The notes under the pieces are model-generated. The model was not told the origin of the DNA, did not search any database, and worked only from the letters and a program-made list of their open reading frames with translations. The position numbers and the translations under genes were made by a program. From the NCBI RefSeq assembly GCF_009914755.1, contig NC_060927.1: a stretch of DNA of 64,000 nt; one strand, written 5' to 3'. Shown here in pieces: positions 43,141 to 57,830 of this stretch (position 1 is the stretch's first letter; each line of letters starts with the position of its first letter). The stretch comes from the human T2T-CHM13v2.0 reference genome, Homo sapiens.

Positions 43141-43415
43141 TTACTTAGTCAGCTTGGGTTCCCTTAACAAACACCATAGACTATATGGCTTAAACAACAA
43201 AAATTTATCTCCCACAGTGAAGTCCAAGATTAAGGTGCCAGATTATTTGGTCTCTGGTGAGAGTTCTCTTCCTGGTTTGCAGATGGATATCTTCTTGTAA
43301 CTTCACGTGACAGTGATGAGGTCCTCACTAAAGCACCTACTTCCAGAAACATCAGGGGTTTTTGGAAGTAGGTTTAACATATGAACTTTGGGGGAACACA
43401 ATTCAGTCCACAGTA
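43141..43415 (-). mobile_element. MLT1A-like LTR
   Basis: GGCTTAAACAACAAAAATTTAT...AGTCCAAGATTAAGGTGCCAG...AACATATGAACTTTGGGGGAACACAATTCAGTCCA. Confidence 0.78.
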
Positions 43416-43855
43416 TCTGGCATCTGACAGTGAGTTTTAACCAGAGAAGACAATATGTCATGACTGAAACTTTTTCCACCCACTTTTCTCTGATTTCTTC
43501 TGTGTTTTCACCTCCATAGCTTTATCTTGAACTTTTCAAAACTTAACATCACCTTCTCAATTCATCTGGAAAATTCTACCCATCATTAAAGGCCTTGCTT
43601 AAGTTATCAGGCAGTCAAAATCTTGGAATGTTTTTCCAGCTTTGTCAGTAAACTAGCAGTGCATATTTAGCAAGTTGTTTAACAGTTCAGTTTATTTCAT
43701 TACCTTTCAAATGAAAATGTTGGACTAGACAATTTCTAAGCTCCTGCTAACCTATGAGTTTATGATTTTGCATAAACCTTTCTCAGATGGTCCCCATGAG
43801 CTTTAATCTCTATTGTCCTGAAGTTTACTAAATTCCCTCCATTCTAGAACCTAGC

Positions 43856-44218
43856 TGTAATAGTCGATTTTCACACTGTTTTACAGAACTACCTGATACC
43901 AGGTAATTTATGAAGAAAAGAGGTTTAATTGACTCACAGTTCTGCATAACTGAGGAGACCTCAGGAAATGTACAATCATGGCAGAAGGTGAAAGAGAAGC
44001 AAGTACTTTCTTCATAAGGTAGCAGGAGAGAGAAAGCCAAGGGGGAAGTGCCACCTTTAAACCATCAGATCTTGTGAGAAGTTACTCACTATCATGAGAA
44101 CAGCATGGGGGAAACTGCCCCTATGATCCAATCACCTCCCACCAGGTCCCTCCCCTGACACGTGGCGATTACAATTGAAGATGAGATTTGGGTGGGGACA
44201 CAGAGCCAAACCATATCA
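43856..44218 (-). mobile_element. THE1D-like MaLR solo LTR
   Basis: TGTAATAGTC...GAGGTTTAATTGACTCACAGTTC...GGGGACACAGAGCCAAACCATATCA; TSD CTAGC / CCAGC. Confidence 0.9.
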
Positions 44219-46774
44219 CCAGCCTATTCTTCTCTGTGTCTGAGTTAGTTGTGTATATTTTGGGAGTTCTTTGAAGGCAATGATCTCTCAGCTTCCGAGG
44301 CACATTTTGTGTTTTTGCCTTCATTCCTCAAAATATTGATACATGTTTGTTGAGTTTATTTTAGTTCTTTGGGTTCTAACACATAAAAGAAGTCCAGAAA
44401 CAACTGAGACTCATTAGAAGAGTTATGATTAATACTGATGTATCATAATAGTGACCATCATAGGTATTAGTATTTCTTTTTTGGGAAGTATTACTTTGTT
44501 TGTTTTTTCATAAAAAATGGAATAGGAGACAAAGATAGTAAGAAATTATTTTTAGATGAGGACATAAAAATATAATCATATTAATGACCCCTCTAAATTA
44601 CAGTGGAACTGGAAACAAAAACTGAAATATCATTTTCATTTTTATTAAGGTTTTTTCACTTTTGCTTGACAAAAAAACAAGTTTTTTATATTTAATTAGT
44701 TACGTATATTAGTTATACCCTGTATAACAATGTTTATAGTTAAAAATCATTATTTTCGGATGTCATTTACTGAAATATTTAATGCGTCCAACATAATGTA
44801 AAGTATGAAGCTAAAGTATATATTAAATTCTTGTAGGAGCATGAGTTTAAATAAGAAAAAATTAGACAAATATTTTTTAACCATCCTTCTCTCCTTGGAA
44901 AATTGTCTCTCAAAAACTGCATATTCGCTTCCAAAATAGTAAACATACTAGTAGAAATCATGAACTAAAGACCAATAAAATAAAAATAATAGGTGAGTAA
45001 TTATAAATAAAGAGTATTAAACCATAGTAACAGTTCAAAATATCAATAATTCAAAAAGTCAAAGACCAATAACTAATAATTATAATAAAATAATAATAAT
45101 GGTATAGAATTGTAGGGTAAAGCAAGAGAAATTACCCAGTAAAATTTTTCTTGACTGGCAAAATAAAATCTGATGTAAACTCAGCTGTGAAACAATCAAT
45201 AGGAATATGATGAAACTGATCCTTTTGTTCAATCTAATATAATGATTTGGTTGCCAGATGAAGTTCAGCACCATGGGATTTATCAATCACTATGTGTCAT
45301 TGTCTACTTCCATATGTGCTGGTTTTCTAAACTAAGGCATGCTTTTACAGTTAAGCTTATAAAGTTAGTGCTTATTTTTTAAGATGACCATGGACTCAGA
45401 AGAGGAGTACATGGTTTAGAATCCCGGTAATTCCACTCATTAATTGAGGGCCCTTGGATAATTGATGAAAAAGGAATAATCCTTAATAGTTTTTTAGGGA
45501 TTAAATGAATATCTATTCATAAAATTATTTGAGGGACATACGCTACATATGTGCAGTGAACAAACATTAGTTAAATATGCACTTGGAATTGAGCACCATA
45601 TTTATTAAGTAATATTTTATTTTGATACCTGAATAAAGAAAATTATTAAAAGACATGTTAAATTGGATTAGGTTGCTTTTATGAAATAATCACACTTTTG
45701 TTCATTTTAAATATTTACAAATACCAAAAGAAAGCAATATTGTAAAATTATACTACTGTGTAATATTGTTTTTACTCAAAAGTACTTCAGAGCAGGAGTC
45801 CAATATATCAGATTTAGCAATGTCATCAATAATTATCTAAAACATCAAGTTATAGGCCTATCAAATGTTATTACACTTCTTGACACTTTCTTTAATGGTC
45901 GATTATATGTGGCACACAATTTTGGTCATTACTTTGTTCAGAGGAGGTAAAGCAAAATGGATTCTGATGCTGCTATTTTACTCCAGCAGCTCTCAGCAGT
46001 CATCTACCTTGTCACTTTCTAAACCAATTGGCAGATGATTACAAAAGAATGGGCTATCTTTTCAGTTTCATAGCATCATTAGCTACAAGCCTCACTCATT
46101 ACTATCAGGAAATTGACAGAGCGAAGAGCCCTTTTATGTAATCTCTAAGGAATTCTAGAAAGGATGTTTATGTCAGTGGAAGACAACTCTTTGTGTTTCA
46201 CCAAAAAAAAATATTATTTTTAATCTGTACTGTGTGTGACACATGAATTTATGTGAACACCTAAAATAGATAATAAATATTTGAGTAAAAGCAACTATTA
46301 TGTTGTAAACATATTTTGGGGAATAATTTTATCCTTTTAGTTTGATAAGCTTAGTCGGCTTCAATCACCATTAATCTACTCAAATTATTTACTGAAGTTC
46401 TACTATTATTATTGTTACGTCAGGATGATATTGGCTAGTTGCTTGAATAGGTAATTATTCTTGTTACCTGTTAATCTTCAAATCACTACTTAGGAGTAGC
46501 CAGTATCATGACAATTTTACAAAGAGGAAACTGAGGCTGGCAAAGCTAGTTAAAATATTCAAAGTTGACCAATGAGTAAGTGTTGTAGGTAAGTAATAAA
46601 CTGGGACTAGTTTTTATTACAGGTATGGTACTCTGTTTACTACAGTAACACTACCATCTGTTATGTTTATTAAAAATATTTATTCAGCACCAAACATATG
46701 TTAAACATTAAGGATTCTGAAACATATGAGGCACAATACTTACTCAAGTATACAATGTAACAAGAATCATAAAC

Positions 46775-47295
46775 TTTTTATTAATGCATTTTGCTCTGTA
46801 AGATAGCTTTAAATTTACAGAAAAAAATGCAAAGATAGGAGAGTGTTCTCTCTACCCTACACCAGTTTCCTCTATTATTCACATTGTATGCTAATATGGT
46901 AAATTTGTTATAATTAATGAACCAATATTGATATATTATCATAACTACATTCCATACTTCATTGACATTTCCATAGTTTTTATCCAATGTCTTCTTTCTG
47001 TTACAGGATTCTATCCAGGACATTATATTTAATCATCATGTCTCCTTAAGCACCTCTTGGTTGTGACAGGTTCCCAGACACTGCTTGTCTTTGATAACCT
47101 GACAATTTTGAGGAGTAGAGATCAAGTATTTTGTAAAATGTCGCTCAGATGGGATTTGTCTGATGTTTCTCTCATAATTAGACTGGGGTTATGGGTTTTT
47201 GAGAGGAAGACCACAGAGGAAATTTGCCATTTTCATTATATTATTTCAGCATGGCTTTTATCACTATTGATATTGACCTTGATCACCTGGCTGAA
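46775..47295 (-). mobile_element. L1MC/MD-like 3' end
   Basis: AATTAATGAACCAATATTGATATATTAT...GACTGGGGTTATGGGTTTTTGAGAGGAAGACCACAGAGG...TTGACCTTGATCACCTGGCTGA. Confidence 0.8.
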
Positions 47296-47399
47296 CATAC
47301 ACTTTAAAAATAATTAAAATCGGTGTTATAAATATTCAAAACAGATTCCTGAACAGAGGTACTCTTAATGAGGATAAGTGAAACATAAATTATCTTTCA

Positions 47400-50300
47400 T
47401 AAATCCATACTAATTATTTATTTGCTTGTTCTATCACTTACGGAGAAACATGTTACAATCTCTCCATATAATTGTAAATTTGTTTATTTCTTAGTTTTTA
47501 GTTTTTGTTTTATATATATTTATATTTTGAGGTTGTATGAAGTTCATTAAAATTTAGAACTGCTATATTTTCCTGGTGAATTTAACATTTAATTACTGTA
47601 AATTGTATCGCTACTTCTATACATCTAATAATGCATTTTAAGAAATTTGCATTGTTATTTACACAGCTACTTCAGCTTACTTTTCATTAGTGTTTGCATC
47701 ATATATAATTATTTTAATCCTTTTACTTTCTACTATTATGTACCCCTCTATTTAATATGTATCTTTTGAAGCTAACATGTAGTTGTGTTTTGTTATCTAA
47801 TTTGTGAATTGTTGTCATTTAGTGGAGGCAGGGATATTTCATGTAATTATTCCTATGTTCGCATCTATGTCTACAATTTTAAGAGTTCTATATATCCCAT
47901 CTTCTCTATGACACTTTTCTTGTCCTTTTAAAAATTAGTTATAAAATTTTATTTATTCCATTTTCTCCCATATTTGCTTGTTATGTAAGTTACTTTACTA
48001 ATGTTATCATGATTATTCTATAGATTAAAACAAACACCTTTTGATTTACCAAAAGTTAACATTAATCTATATATTTAAATTATTTCCATATATGCTATGG
48101 TTACTCCTTATCTCATATATATAATACTGTTGCATAAATTTTAATATTAGAGATCTTAATCCCAAGGAGACATTATTATTGTTATTAGTGTTTTTCTTTA
48201 TAAAGGCAGTATTCATTTAGATTTAGCCGCATAATTACTATTTTTTTACTTTTCATTTCTTCCTACCCTTTCTGAACTTCCATCTGCAATATTTTCCCAA
48301 TGCCTGAAAGTCATCTTTTATTAATTTCCTTAGAGCATGTATGTAAATAATAAATTGTTATTTTACATTTATTCTTGAATGATTGTTTTCTATACTGAAT
48401 TATAGAATAGCATGCTTTCTTTCATCAATTTATATAAACAATTCTCTTGTGTTTTGGCTTTCATTGCTTCTATTAAAAAGTCACTGTCAACCTAATTGTT
48501 ATTTTTATGATACACATTTTTTAATCTGCTGATTTTTAGATAATTCTCAAGTTTTATTATAATATTACTAGTGGTTAATTTATTTTCTGTTTAGCCTGTT
48601 TTGGGTTCAGAGGTCTCTGTGAATTTGTGACTTAATAATCTTTGTTCACTTTGGCAACAACAAGAAAAATGGTGAAATATTGCTTGTACCCTATTCTCTC
48701 TTCTTTCCACTGAGATTCAAATGACATTATACTTTCTCGTTATATTCTTATATCTATCTATCTATCATCTATCTATCTATCTGGATATTTTTAATGTATT
48801 TTACATAATTTTTGTTTCTATGATGCATTTTCATTATTTTTTCTGCTCTATCACCCAGTTTATTATTTCCCTTTTCAACTGTATTTTATCTACTTCTTAC
48901 TTTTTTAATATATTTTCATGTGGCTATTTTGAATCTTTTAATAATTTCCTGTATCTCTAGAAATTCTTTATTACAAAATGTTCTTGAACATATTAAGCAT
49001 GGTTACTTAATTTAATTTTTTTTATTTTTAATTTTTGTGGGTACATAGTAGGTATATATATTTATGGGCCACATGCGATATTTTGATATAGGCATGCAAT
49101 GCATAATAATCAAATAGTGAAAAATGGGGTATCCATCCCCTCAATCATTTATCTTTTGTGTAACAAACAATCCAATTATACTCTTAGTTATAAATATACA
49201 GTTAAATTATTTTGACTATAGCTGCTCTGTTGTGCTATGAAATACTAGGTGTTAGTCATTCTTTTCAACTATATTTTTTGTACCCATGAACCAATCCCAC
49301 CTACCCACACCCGCGACACCCCATACTGTATTTTCCCAACCTCTGATAACCTGCCTTCTACTCTCTATCTCCATGTGTTTAATTGTTTTGATTTTTAGAT
49401 CCCACAAATAAGTGAGAACGTGTGATGTTTGTCTTTCTGTGCCTGACTTATTTCACTTAACAGAATCATCCCTAGTTCCATCCATGTTGTTGCAAATGAC
49501 AAGATCTTTTTTGTAATAGCTAAATAGTACTCCATTGTGTATAAGCACATATTTTATCCATTCATCTGTTGATGGACACTTAGGTTGCTGCAACAAATGT
49601 GTGCGGATATCTCTGCAATACACTGATTTCTCTTATTTTGGGTATAACCCAGCAGTTGGATGGTTGGATCATATAGTAGCTCTATTTTTAGTTTTTTGAG
49701 GAATCTCCAAATTGTTCTCCATAGTGTACCAATTTATATTCCTACCAATAGTGTTTGAGGGTTCCTGTTTCTCCACACTCTCTTAAGTATTTTTTATTGC
49801 CTGTCCTTAGGATAAAATCCATTTTGATTGGGGTGAAATGATATCCCATTGCGGTTTTGATTTGCATTTCTCTGATGATCAATGATATTGAGCACCTAAT
49901 GTCTCCTTACCATTTGTATATTTTCTTTTAAGAAATGTCTATTCAGATCTTTTGCCCATTTTTAAAATGGATTATTAGATTTTTTTCCTATTGAGTTGTT
50001 TGAACTTCTTATATATTTTGGTTATTAATCCCTTGTTAGATGGATAATTTGCAAGTATTTTCTCCCATTGTGTGGGTTGTCTCTTCACTTTGCTGATTGT
50101 GTCCTTTGCTGTGCATAAACTTTTTTACTTGATGTGGTCCCATTTGTTCATGTTTGTTTTGGTTGCCTATGCCTGTGGGATATTGCTCAACACATTTTTG
50201 CCCAGACCAATATACTGGAGAGCTTCCCCAATGTTTTCTTTTAGTAGTTCCATAGTTTGAGGTCTTAGATTTAAGTCTGTAATGCATTTTAATTTGATTT

Positions 50301-50990
50301 TCATATATGGCTGAGAGATGAGGGTCTAGTTTTATTCTTGTGCATATGGATATCCAGTTTCCCCAGCAGCATTTATTGAAGGGACTATCCTTTCTCCAAT
50401 GTACATTCTTGGCACCTTTGTTGAAAATAAGTTCACTGTAGACGTTATCTATTTGTTTCTAAGTTCTCTGTTTTGCTCCACTGGTTTGTGTGTTTTTATG
50501 CCAGAACTATGCTGTTTGGGTTGCTAGTATAGCTCTGCAGTATAATTTGAAGTTCGGTAATGTGATTCCTCCAGTTTTGTTCTTTTTGCTTACGAAAGCT
50601 TTGGCTATTCTGGGTTTTTGTGGTTCCATATAAATTTTAGGGTTGTTTTTTCTACTTTTGTGAAGAAGGTCATTTGTATTTTGTCAAGGATTGCATTGAA
50701 TCTGTACATCAGCATCGTTATTTTTTAAACTTTGTTATAGCTCTGCTATCTAGAATGATGATAATAATCCCGCTATCTTCATTTATAACCTATTAATATG
50801 CCCTATTTTTAATTGTTTATTTCAGGGTATGTTACTCTCTTCTTGTCTCCTCATGGAACAGGTTTTTTTTTATTGACTGCCAGGTATTCTATATTAAAAA
50901 ACTGTAAAATAATCTGATGTTATATACAACATCAGATTCACATTTGTTTCTTGCAGATGAACTAGCACTTCAGGATAATTTTATTCATTG
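47400..50990 (-). mobile_element. Very old HAL1/L1M-type element (47400-49005 and 50711-50990), host to the L1MA
   Basis: Diverged T-rich L1-antisense-like sequence (ATAATTGTAAATTTGTTTATTTC; TTTGGCTTTCATTGCTTCTATTAAAAAGTCACTGTC). Confidence 0.55.
49006..50710 (-). mobile_element. L1MA2-like 5'-truncated LINE-1
   Basis: TTTTTGTGGGTACATAGTAGGT...GGCATGCAATGCATAATAAT...AATGGGGTATCCATCCCCTC; ORF2 antisense to 50710; residual TSD AGCAT[G/C]GTTA (48996-49005 and 50711-50720). Confidence 0.88.
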
Positions 50991-51727
50991 GAATTTTGCA
51001 TAAGAGGGTTTAAGAATGTATTCCATGGAAACAGTTGGACCTGAAATACAATTTTTGCTCTACCACTTTGGGCTATTTCTGTAACATGTTTAGCTAGTAC
51101 TTTTTTTTTCTTTTGTTTGTAAAATGACGAAAATAATTATAGCTTCTTCTGAGTGTTGATGTGACGATCTAACCACAACGTTTCAGAGTTTGTTAGCACT
51201 CAAAAGGTACACATCATTATTTTTATTATTATTAATGATGATGATTATTATGTGGTCCATAGAGGTAAACTGGATATTTGTGTTGAGTTTTAAATTTAAA
51301 CCTATCATAGTAAACAGGAGATATAAAATGCAATTATTAATGAAATTCCCTTTATATTTTTCCATTGATTATTTTCTGATAAAACACAAGAAGTAGGTCC
51401 CTATGCAGTTGTTAATTTATTTTTCTTGCTGACATTCTTGGTCATCTTTTCTTGCCTTCTGTTTATGTGTATCTTTTTCTCTTTTCCCAAAGTGCCACTG
51501 TATCAAAGTGCCTTCTTAATGTGTCTTTTCTTATATGAGTAATGAGTATAGTTAATATTGTGCTTTATGGCACTAAAATCGATGCAGTTTAGTAGAAAAA
51601 AACAAATTGTTTGAGGTAATTAGAAGTAAATAGCATATGTAATATGCTCAATCTTTGTAACATATTAAAAATATACCTCTGTCAAGCAAAAGTTACTATA
51701 ATTTTAAATAGTTATAAACATCAGTTA

Positions 51728-51806
51728 TTCAGTTGGTACAGACATAATTGCAGTTTTCCCATTAAAAGTAATGGTGAAAACTATGATTACTTTTGAGCCA
51801 ACCTAA
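51728..51806. mobile_element. MADE1 (Hsmar1-derived mariner MITE)
   Basis: ~80-bp near-palindrome ..GTTGGT..TAATTGCAGTTTT.CCATTAAAAGTAATGG..AAAAC..GATTACTTTTG.GCCAACCTAA flanked by TA on both sides. Confidence 0.88.
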
Positions 51807-52384
51807 TAAATATTGAGTTTCTGATTTATGGAACATTTAAGAAGTGAATTGAATGGTGACTATCCTAATCTTTCCATTGGCCTCTATGTCATTTATGCAC
51901 TTTAAAAGTTTTAGCCTCATCTTAAAAAGTCGAATTAAAATCTTAAATCAGCTTCAAATGAATTGTAGAGAAAGTGTATTTGGAAGAGATTAATAAAGAA
52001 CTGTATTACTTTGAGGCTATTTTGTTTTTAATTATAGCTACAGATATTCAATCCATTGGCCCTTCATATGAAGCAGGCTTTTGATGAAAATGAAAATGAC
52101 TAGACTTGATAACTTACAAACTTTAGATCAGGAAGATTTATTACAGCTCAGGGAAATAATTTCAGTAAACTGCAGAAATAGGAAAGTAATGATTTTATCA
52201 AAGCAGGAGTATGAAAAGGATTGTTTGTTGCATGTGATAAATTAAGTTGAAAATAATTTGTTCTCTAATTTATGATGGAAAATTTGGGACTTTGCTAAAT
52301 AAAATTATTACCTCTCTCTTTCTTTTAAATATCTCAAGCGAGACCACAAAATATCACTGAATTTCTTTTACATCCAAGACACTG

Positions 52385-52620
52385 ATGCACTTTGTGTAAA
52401 AAAAAAAAAATCTATCAAGTACTGAACACTTTCACCTACAGTATTTCATTTAAGTCACATAAAAACTCTATGAGGTACAACCGTATATTTTTATTGGTGT
52501 TAACAAGTAAGAAAACTAGGACTTTGGTTCTTTTCAAATTCACCCAGTCCTTTACTGATGAAGTTGTGTTTCAGTTCTACATCTTTGCATTACACAAGGG
52601 TGTCTCTTCATCTGAGTACT
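52385..52620 (-). mobile_element. MIR SINE
   Basis: TATTTCATTTAAGTCACATAAAAACTCTATGAGGTA. Confidence 0.55.
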
Positions 52621-53913
52621 AGCCTCTTACGTAATAACATTATCCCTCAGTTTGTTCTACTAAGCAGCCATTTGCTGTTGATTTACAGAAGTATGCCTTT
52701 ATCATTCACTTACTGTTATACTATATTTTGTTCTTGTTGTTGTTGTTTATTTGTTTGTTTGTAGCCTGGGTTGAATTTGTTAAGGGAGAGAGAAAAGGCT
52801 AAGTCCCAAAGAGGGAAAGTGACTTGATAAAATGCAGAGCTAGTATCTTTTATGACAAAATGTTTATAATATCTACAAATGGTTGAGCAAAATAAATAAT
52901 GTAATGAAAAATGCTTTCATGATCCTGAGTTACTATTTACAAGTTAAATAATGTGAGGACCGAGATTTGCTTTAAAATATTTCAGGAAAAATGTGGTAAA
53001 GGAGATAGGCGGAATGAAACTAGAGGAATATGATAACTATAACTGTTGAACCTAGGTCATGAGTATGTGGAGATTCAGTATACCACACTCTCTACTTCTG
53101 TATATGTTTGAAATTTTTCATAATACAAAAGTTATTTCCAAGTGCCACCATGAATGAAATTCTGTTTATTATAATCAGAGGCAATACGATTTGTTGTATT
53201 TTCTTAAGGTTTTGAATTGTTAAAAAAGCAAAGTTCCTGTACTCATGATGTATGATCATTTCTATCAGGAATTTTTATCTTGCTCACTGTTTACAATGAC
53301 CTTACTTTCAAAACTTTCATATTATAATGAAAAATATCAAGCAAGAGAAATGAAGAGGAAAGAAAATAAAGTAAATCTAAGAACAACAAACCTCATTCAT
53401 CCAAGCATCCAAGGATTTGCTTTTGAATGTCATTTAATTTTCATGCTGCTGAGCAAGATCATAAGAGAAATGACACTGAAAGGCCAGAGGACTAAAAGAA
53501 CTGTCACTATTGTATTAAAGTAAAATATCCTTTAGTTCCTAGGCTGTTTCTCATTTTTCCTAACTTAATGTCACAGAATATCCAGCATACCAATGTATTT
53601 TAAATCCAGGATTGGACTGTATCTAAGAAAAAAATTGCAACTTCCTATTGCTTTTTTTTTAGTTAAAAACAAGTTTTTTAAAAAAAGAACAAAAAGTGAA
53701 AAACTAAACCAAATATTACTAATTTCATTAAGCAGACTCAACATTATATTCTCCCGGAAATGTCCTCTACTGATGCTAAAATTGTTCTTTTATAACCATT
53801 TTTACTCAGGCTTTGTAAAAAATCATGGTGTTTTAAGTCCACTTAGAAATGATAACTTTTAATGTTGACACAATAAAAGAAATAGAAACTGTTCAAAATT
53901 GGCCAAAGAAATT

Positions 53914-54048
53914 GGCTGAGACACAAGCATCGCTTGACCCCAGGAGGCTGAGGTTGCAGTGAGCCGAGATTGCACCACATCACTCCAGCCTGTGCAACAG
54001 AGCGAGACCCTGTACAAAAAATAATAATAATAATAAATTATTAATTTT
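53914..54048 (+). mobile_element. 5'-truncated Alu (right-arm end only)
   Basis: GGCTGAG...GAGGTTGCAGTGAGCCGAGAT...(AAT)n tail; perfect TSD AAAATTGGCCAAAGAA (53895-53910 and 54049-54064). Confidence 0.92.
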
Positions 54049-54866
54049 AAAATTGGCCAAAGAAGTGAAATTGACATTCAATAACCTCCATCATCATACT
54101 TCCCTCTCACCATGCATGTAAATAGAATGCAAAGTAACCCAATGGAAAGCTTTATCCAAACCCACTGCAATCATTCTCCCAAAATAATTGTGCCAACCAC
54201 ACATGTTAAAATCTTGAACATTAATAACCTGAACTGCAAGACAAAATTAAATAATAATCAAAATGTCTTCTAAGTGATATTTGGGCTGGCAGTTGTTTAT
54301 ATATCCTCCTTATCAAGGCTAAGGAGTTTCATGAGTCTCCTATGAAAGCCAATTAACTGGACACAGCAGAGTTAAGAAGAAAGCAGAGAACATACAGCAA
54401 CAATGAGTATGAATGAAAATCTCCAGGCATTTTTGTATCTGTATGCTTTCAGTTTTGAGTTTATAATTCTGCCTTCAGTTAATCTTTGAGAAAATGCAAT
54501 AGTTTACTTAAATATTTAATTAAACATACAAGCCTATTAAAGTAAGACTTTGTTGCAAAAGTAAGTTAAGATATTAAGCTAAGATACCAATTTCTTTTCT
54601 ATAGTGGTGAAAGTTATAAAAGAAGATCATCTCAAGAAAGTTATTTTAAAAGTTATACAATATAAACCAAGAATAAATGTAATAATTGATACACAAAATC
54701 ACACCCAGAAAATGGATCTTAAGTCAATAAACTCAATCTTGGATGGACTAGATACATAAGAAATGTGGTGTTGAATGTTACATTGCTCGGTAAAATTCCT
54801 CTATGGAAAGGTGACAATATAAAGGGAAATAAAGCTTTCAAAGGAGCCAGTTAAAAATGAGCTCTT

Positions 54867-55870
<1,004 letters not shown>

Positions 55871-56689
55871 ATATTGATTTATAAGAATAAGATAAACAAC
55901 AGTATATACAAATAAACTTTTATACATAAATGGTAAGAAAAAATACCTATGCTCTATTACATTGCCGTTATAAATTCTGATTTGTTTGACACCTCAATTA
56001 AGTTGGGGATTCTTTTATCACAGATCTATATAGTAATCTAGTTCATTTGTTTTATCCAACTTGGAACATTCCTAAACAATATATTACATACAGAAAAAAA
56101 GAATCTGTTATTTTATTAGTTGTTTAGAAAAAATAATTGCATAATTCCAAGTAGTAAATCATTTCTACATATATTTACTTCAAAAAATCTGTGTCCATAT
56201 CTAACATTTAAACTAAAGGTGGAGTAAAATTAATTGGCAGATGAAAAATAATGTATTCACAAAATAAATAGTTATTTATTTGGTTGATCCTCAGTAAATA
56301 ATCTACCTTTCTGTAAAGTAGAAGTTACTAGTTACCCATTTACCAGTTATTAAAATGAAAAAGTGGTTGAATTTGGAACTTCACTATTAGAAACCCAATC
56401 TTAAATAATCTGTTTTTTTTACATTCACTCAAAAACATTCAGTATATGAAAATAGTACAAAACAATAAAAAGTCAGAAGTATTTGGTAGAGAGGAAAACA
56501 CTACTATTGAGAGATGATTTCATAGAATAAGACGTATTTAAGCCGTACTTCTGTAGCAAGAGCAGAATAGAAGGAAAAGGAGTAACCATATCACCCAGCA
56601 CCCATAAACATATTTGCTACTATTGCCAAGTGAATAGTTCGTTTCTAACTATTCATAAACTCAGAGCTGCTACTATTGTTACAATAGAA

Positions 56690-57830
56690 ATTCTTTGTAC
56701 CCTGAAAATCCCCTGTTTTTGGTGGAGGCCTTGGGAAGCAGCTCTGGTTGAATGGAGTCAATAACTTGCATGTTAAATTGTCAGAACTTTGCATGACTAA
56801 AATAAATGCAGAAGTGGAATTTATTAAAAAAAAAAACTAGGCTGGATAGTAAAGAGATATCCATTGTGGGTAGTCTTAAATATAAGTTTAAGATAATATG
56901 GAGTATTTACACTTCACTTCCCCACTCCTTCAACATGCTTCCTAAGAGTCTCTTCCTTGCCCATTCCCCGCCCCGATACAACTCCCTTGCACTCAATTCC
57001 TTTGTCTTAAGGTCAGCTTTTGGAGGAATACAAAATAATATAGAGTGATTGTAAATGTTCAAGATTGAGAATGGTATGACAAAAATAAGTAATGCAGGTA
57101 TGACTGACTACATCTCAGGTAAGTGTTTTCATGTTATGTAAATACAAATTTTGGATTGACACAAAAGACAACTATGTCAAGTATGCAAATATAGGATTGT
57201 GAAAACAACTCAGTTTAGTGAAATTTTTATGGTATCTGCCATATGCACTGCAGACAGCGGGATGGTCCCTTAGTATCAAAATTGATCAAATTGCCCACAC
57301 CCATAAAGTACCGAGGCACCTTGCACAAAATTCTCAATAGAGGCTAGTAAACTGTTACAGCAAAATAGGAAGTTAGATTCTCGAATGGTGATCAAATAAT
57401 TTTATTACTAGAATCTTAGATGGTAGGCTGAATGTTTACCAAATCCTGACTGGGCTACTGAATGAATTAACATTTTCCATATGATTTATTTGGAAGCTGA
57501 TCCTAGCAAATTCAAGCTCATTCCTCAGAACCAAAAGGAGAGATATTTTCCACTGAGGATGGACAATGATTCATGTAACTATATTTGCCATTATTATGAA
57601 CACACCAAGCAATTATCAAATGTAGTTTCATTTGACAATGTCACTGATACCATTTCCCTGCTGCCTGTCCAAAAGACTGCCCTGTTCTTGGTTCAAAGCT
57701 CAAGGTTCTTTAGGGTTTTTCTTATAAGACCAAAACTCTTGAAAGCCTTTGGAACTCAACTCAATTATCTACTGATGGATCTTATAGACTGACCCTCCTA
57801 CCCCCACAGTCATACCTGCCTCCTGCCAAC
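56690..57830. mobile_element. Possible degraded ERV1 internal (MER4/MER34-group) fragment
   Basis: Composition and motifs resemble MER-int sequence; no intact gag/pol/env motif recognised. Confidence 0.3.
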
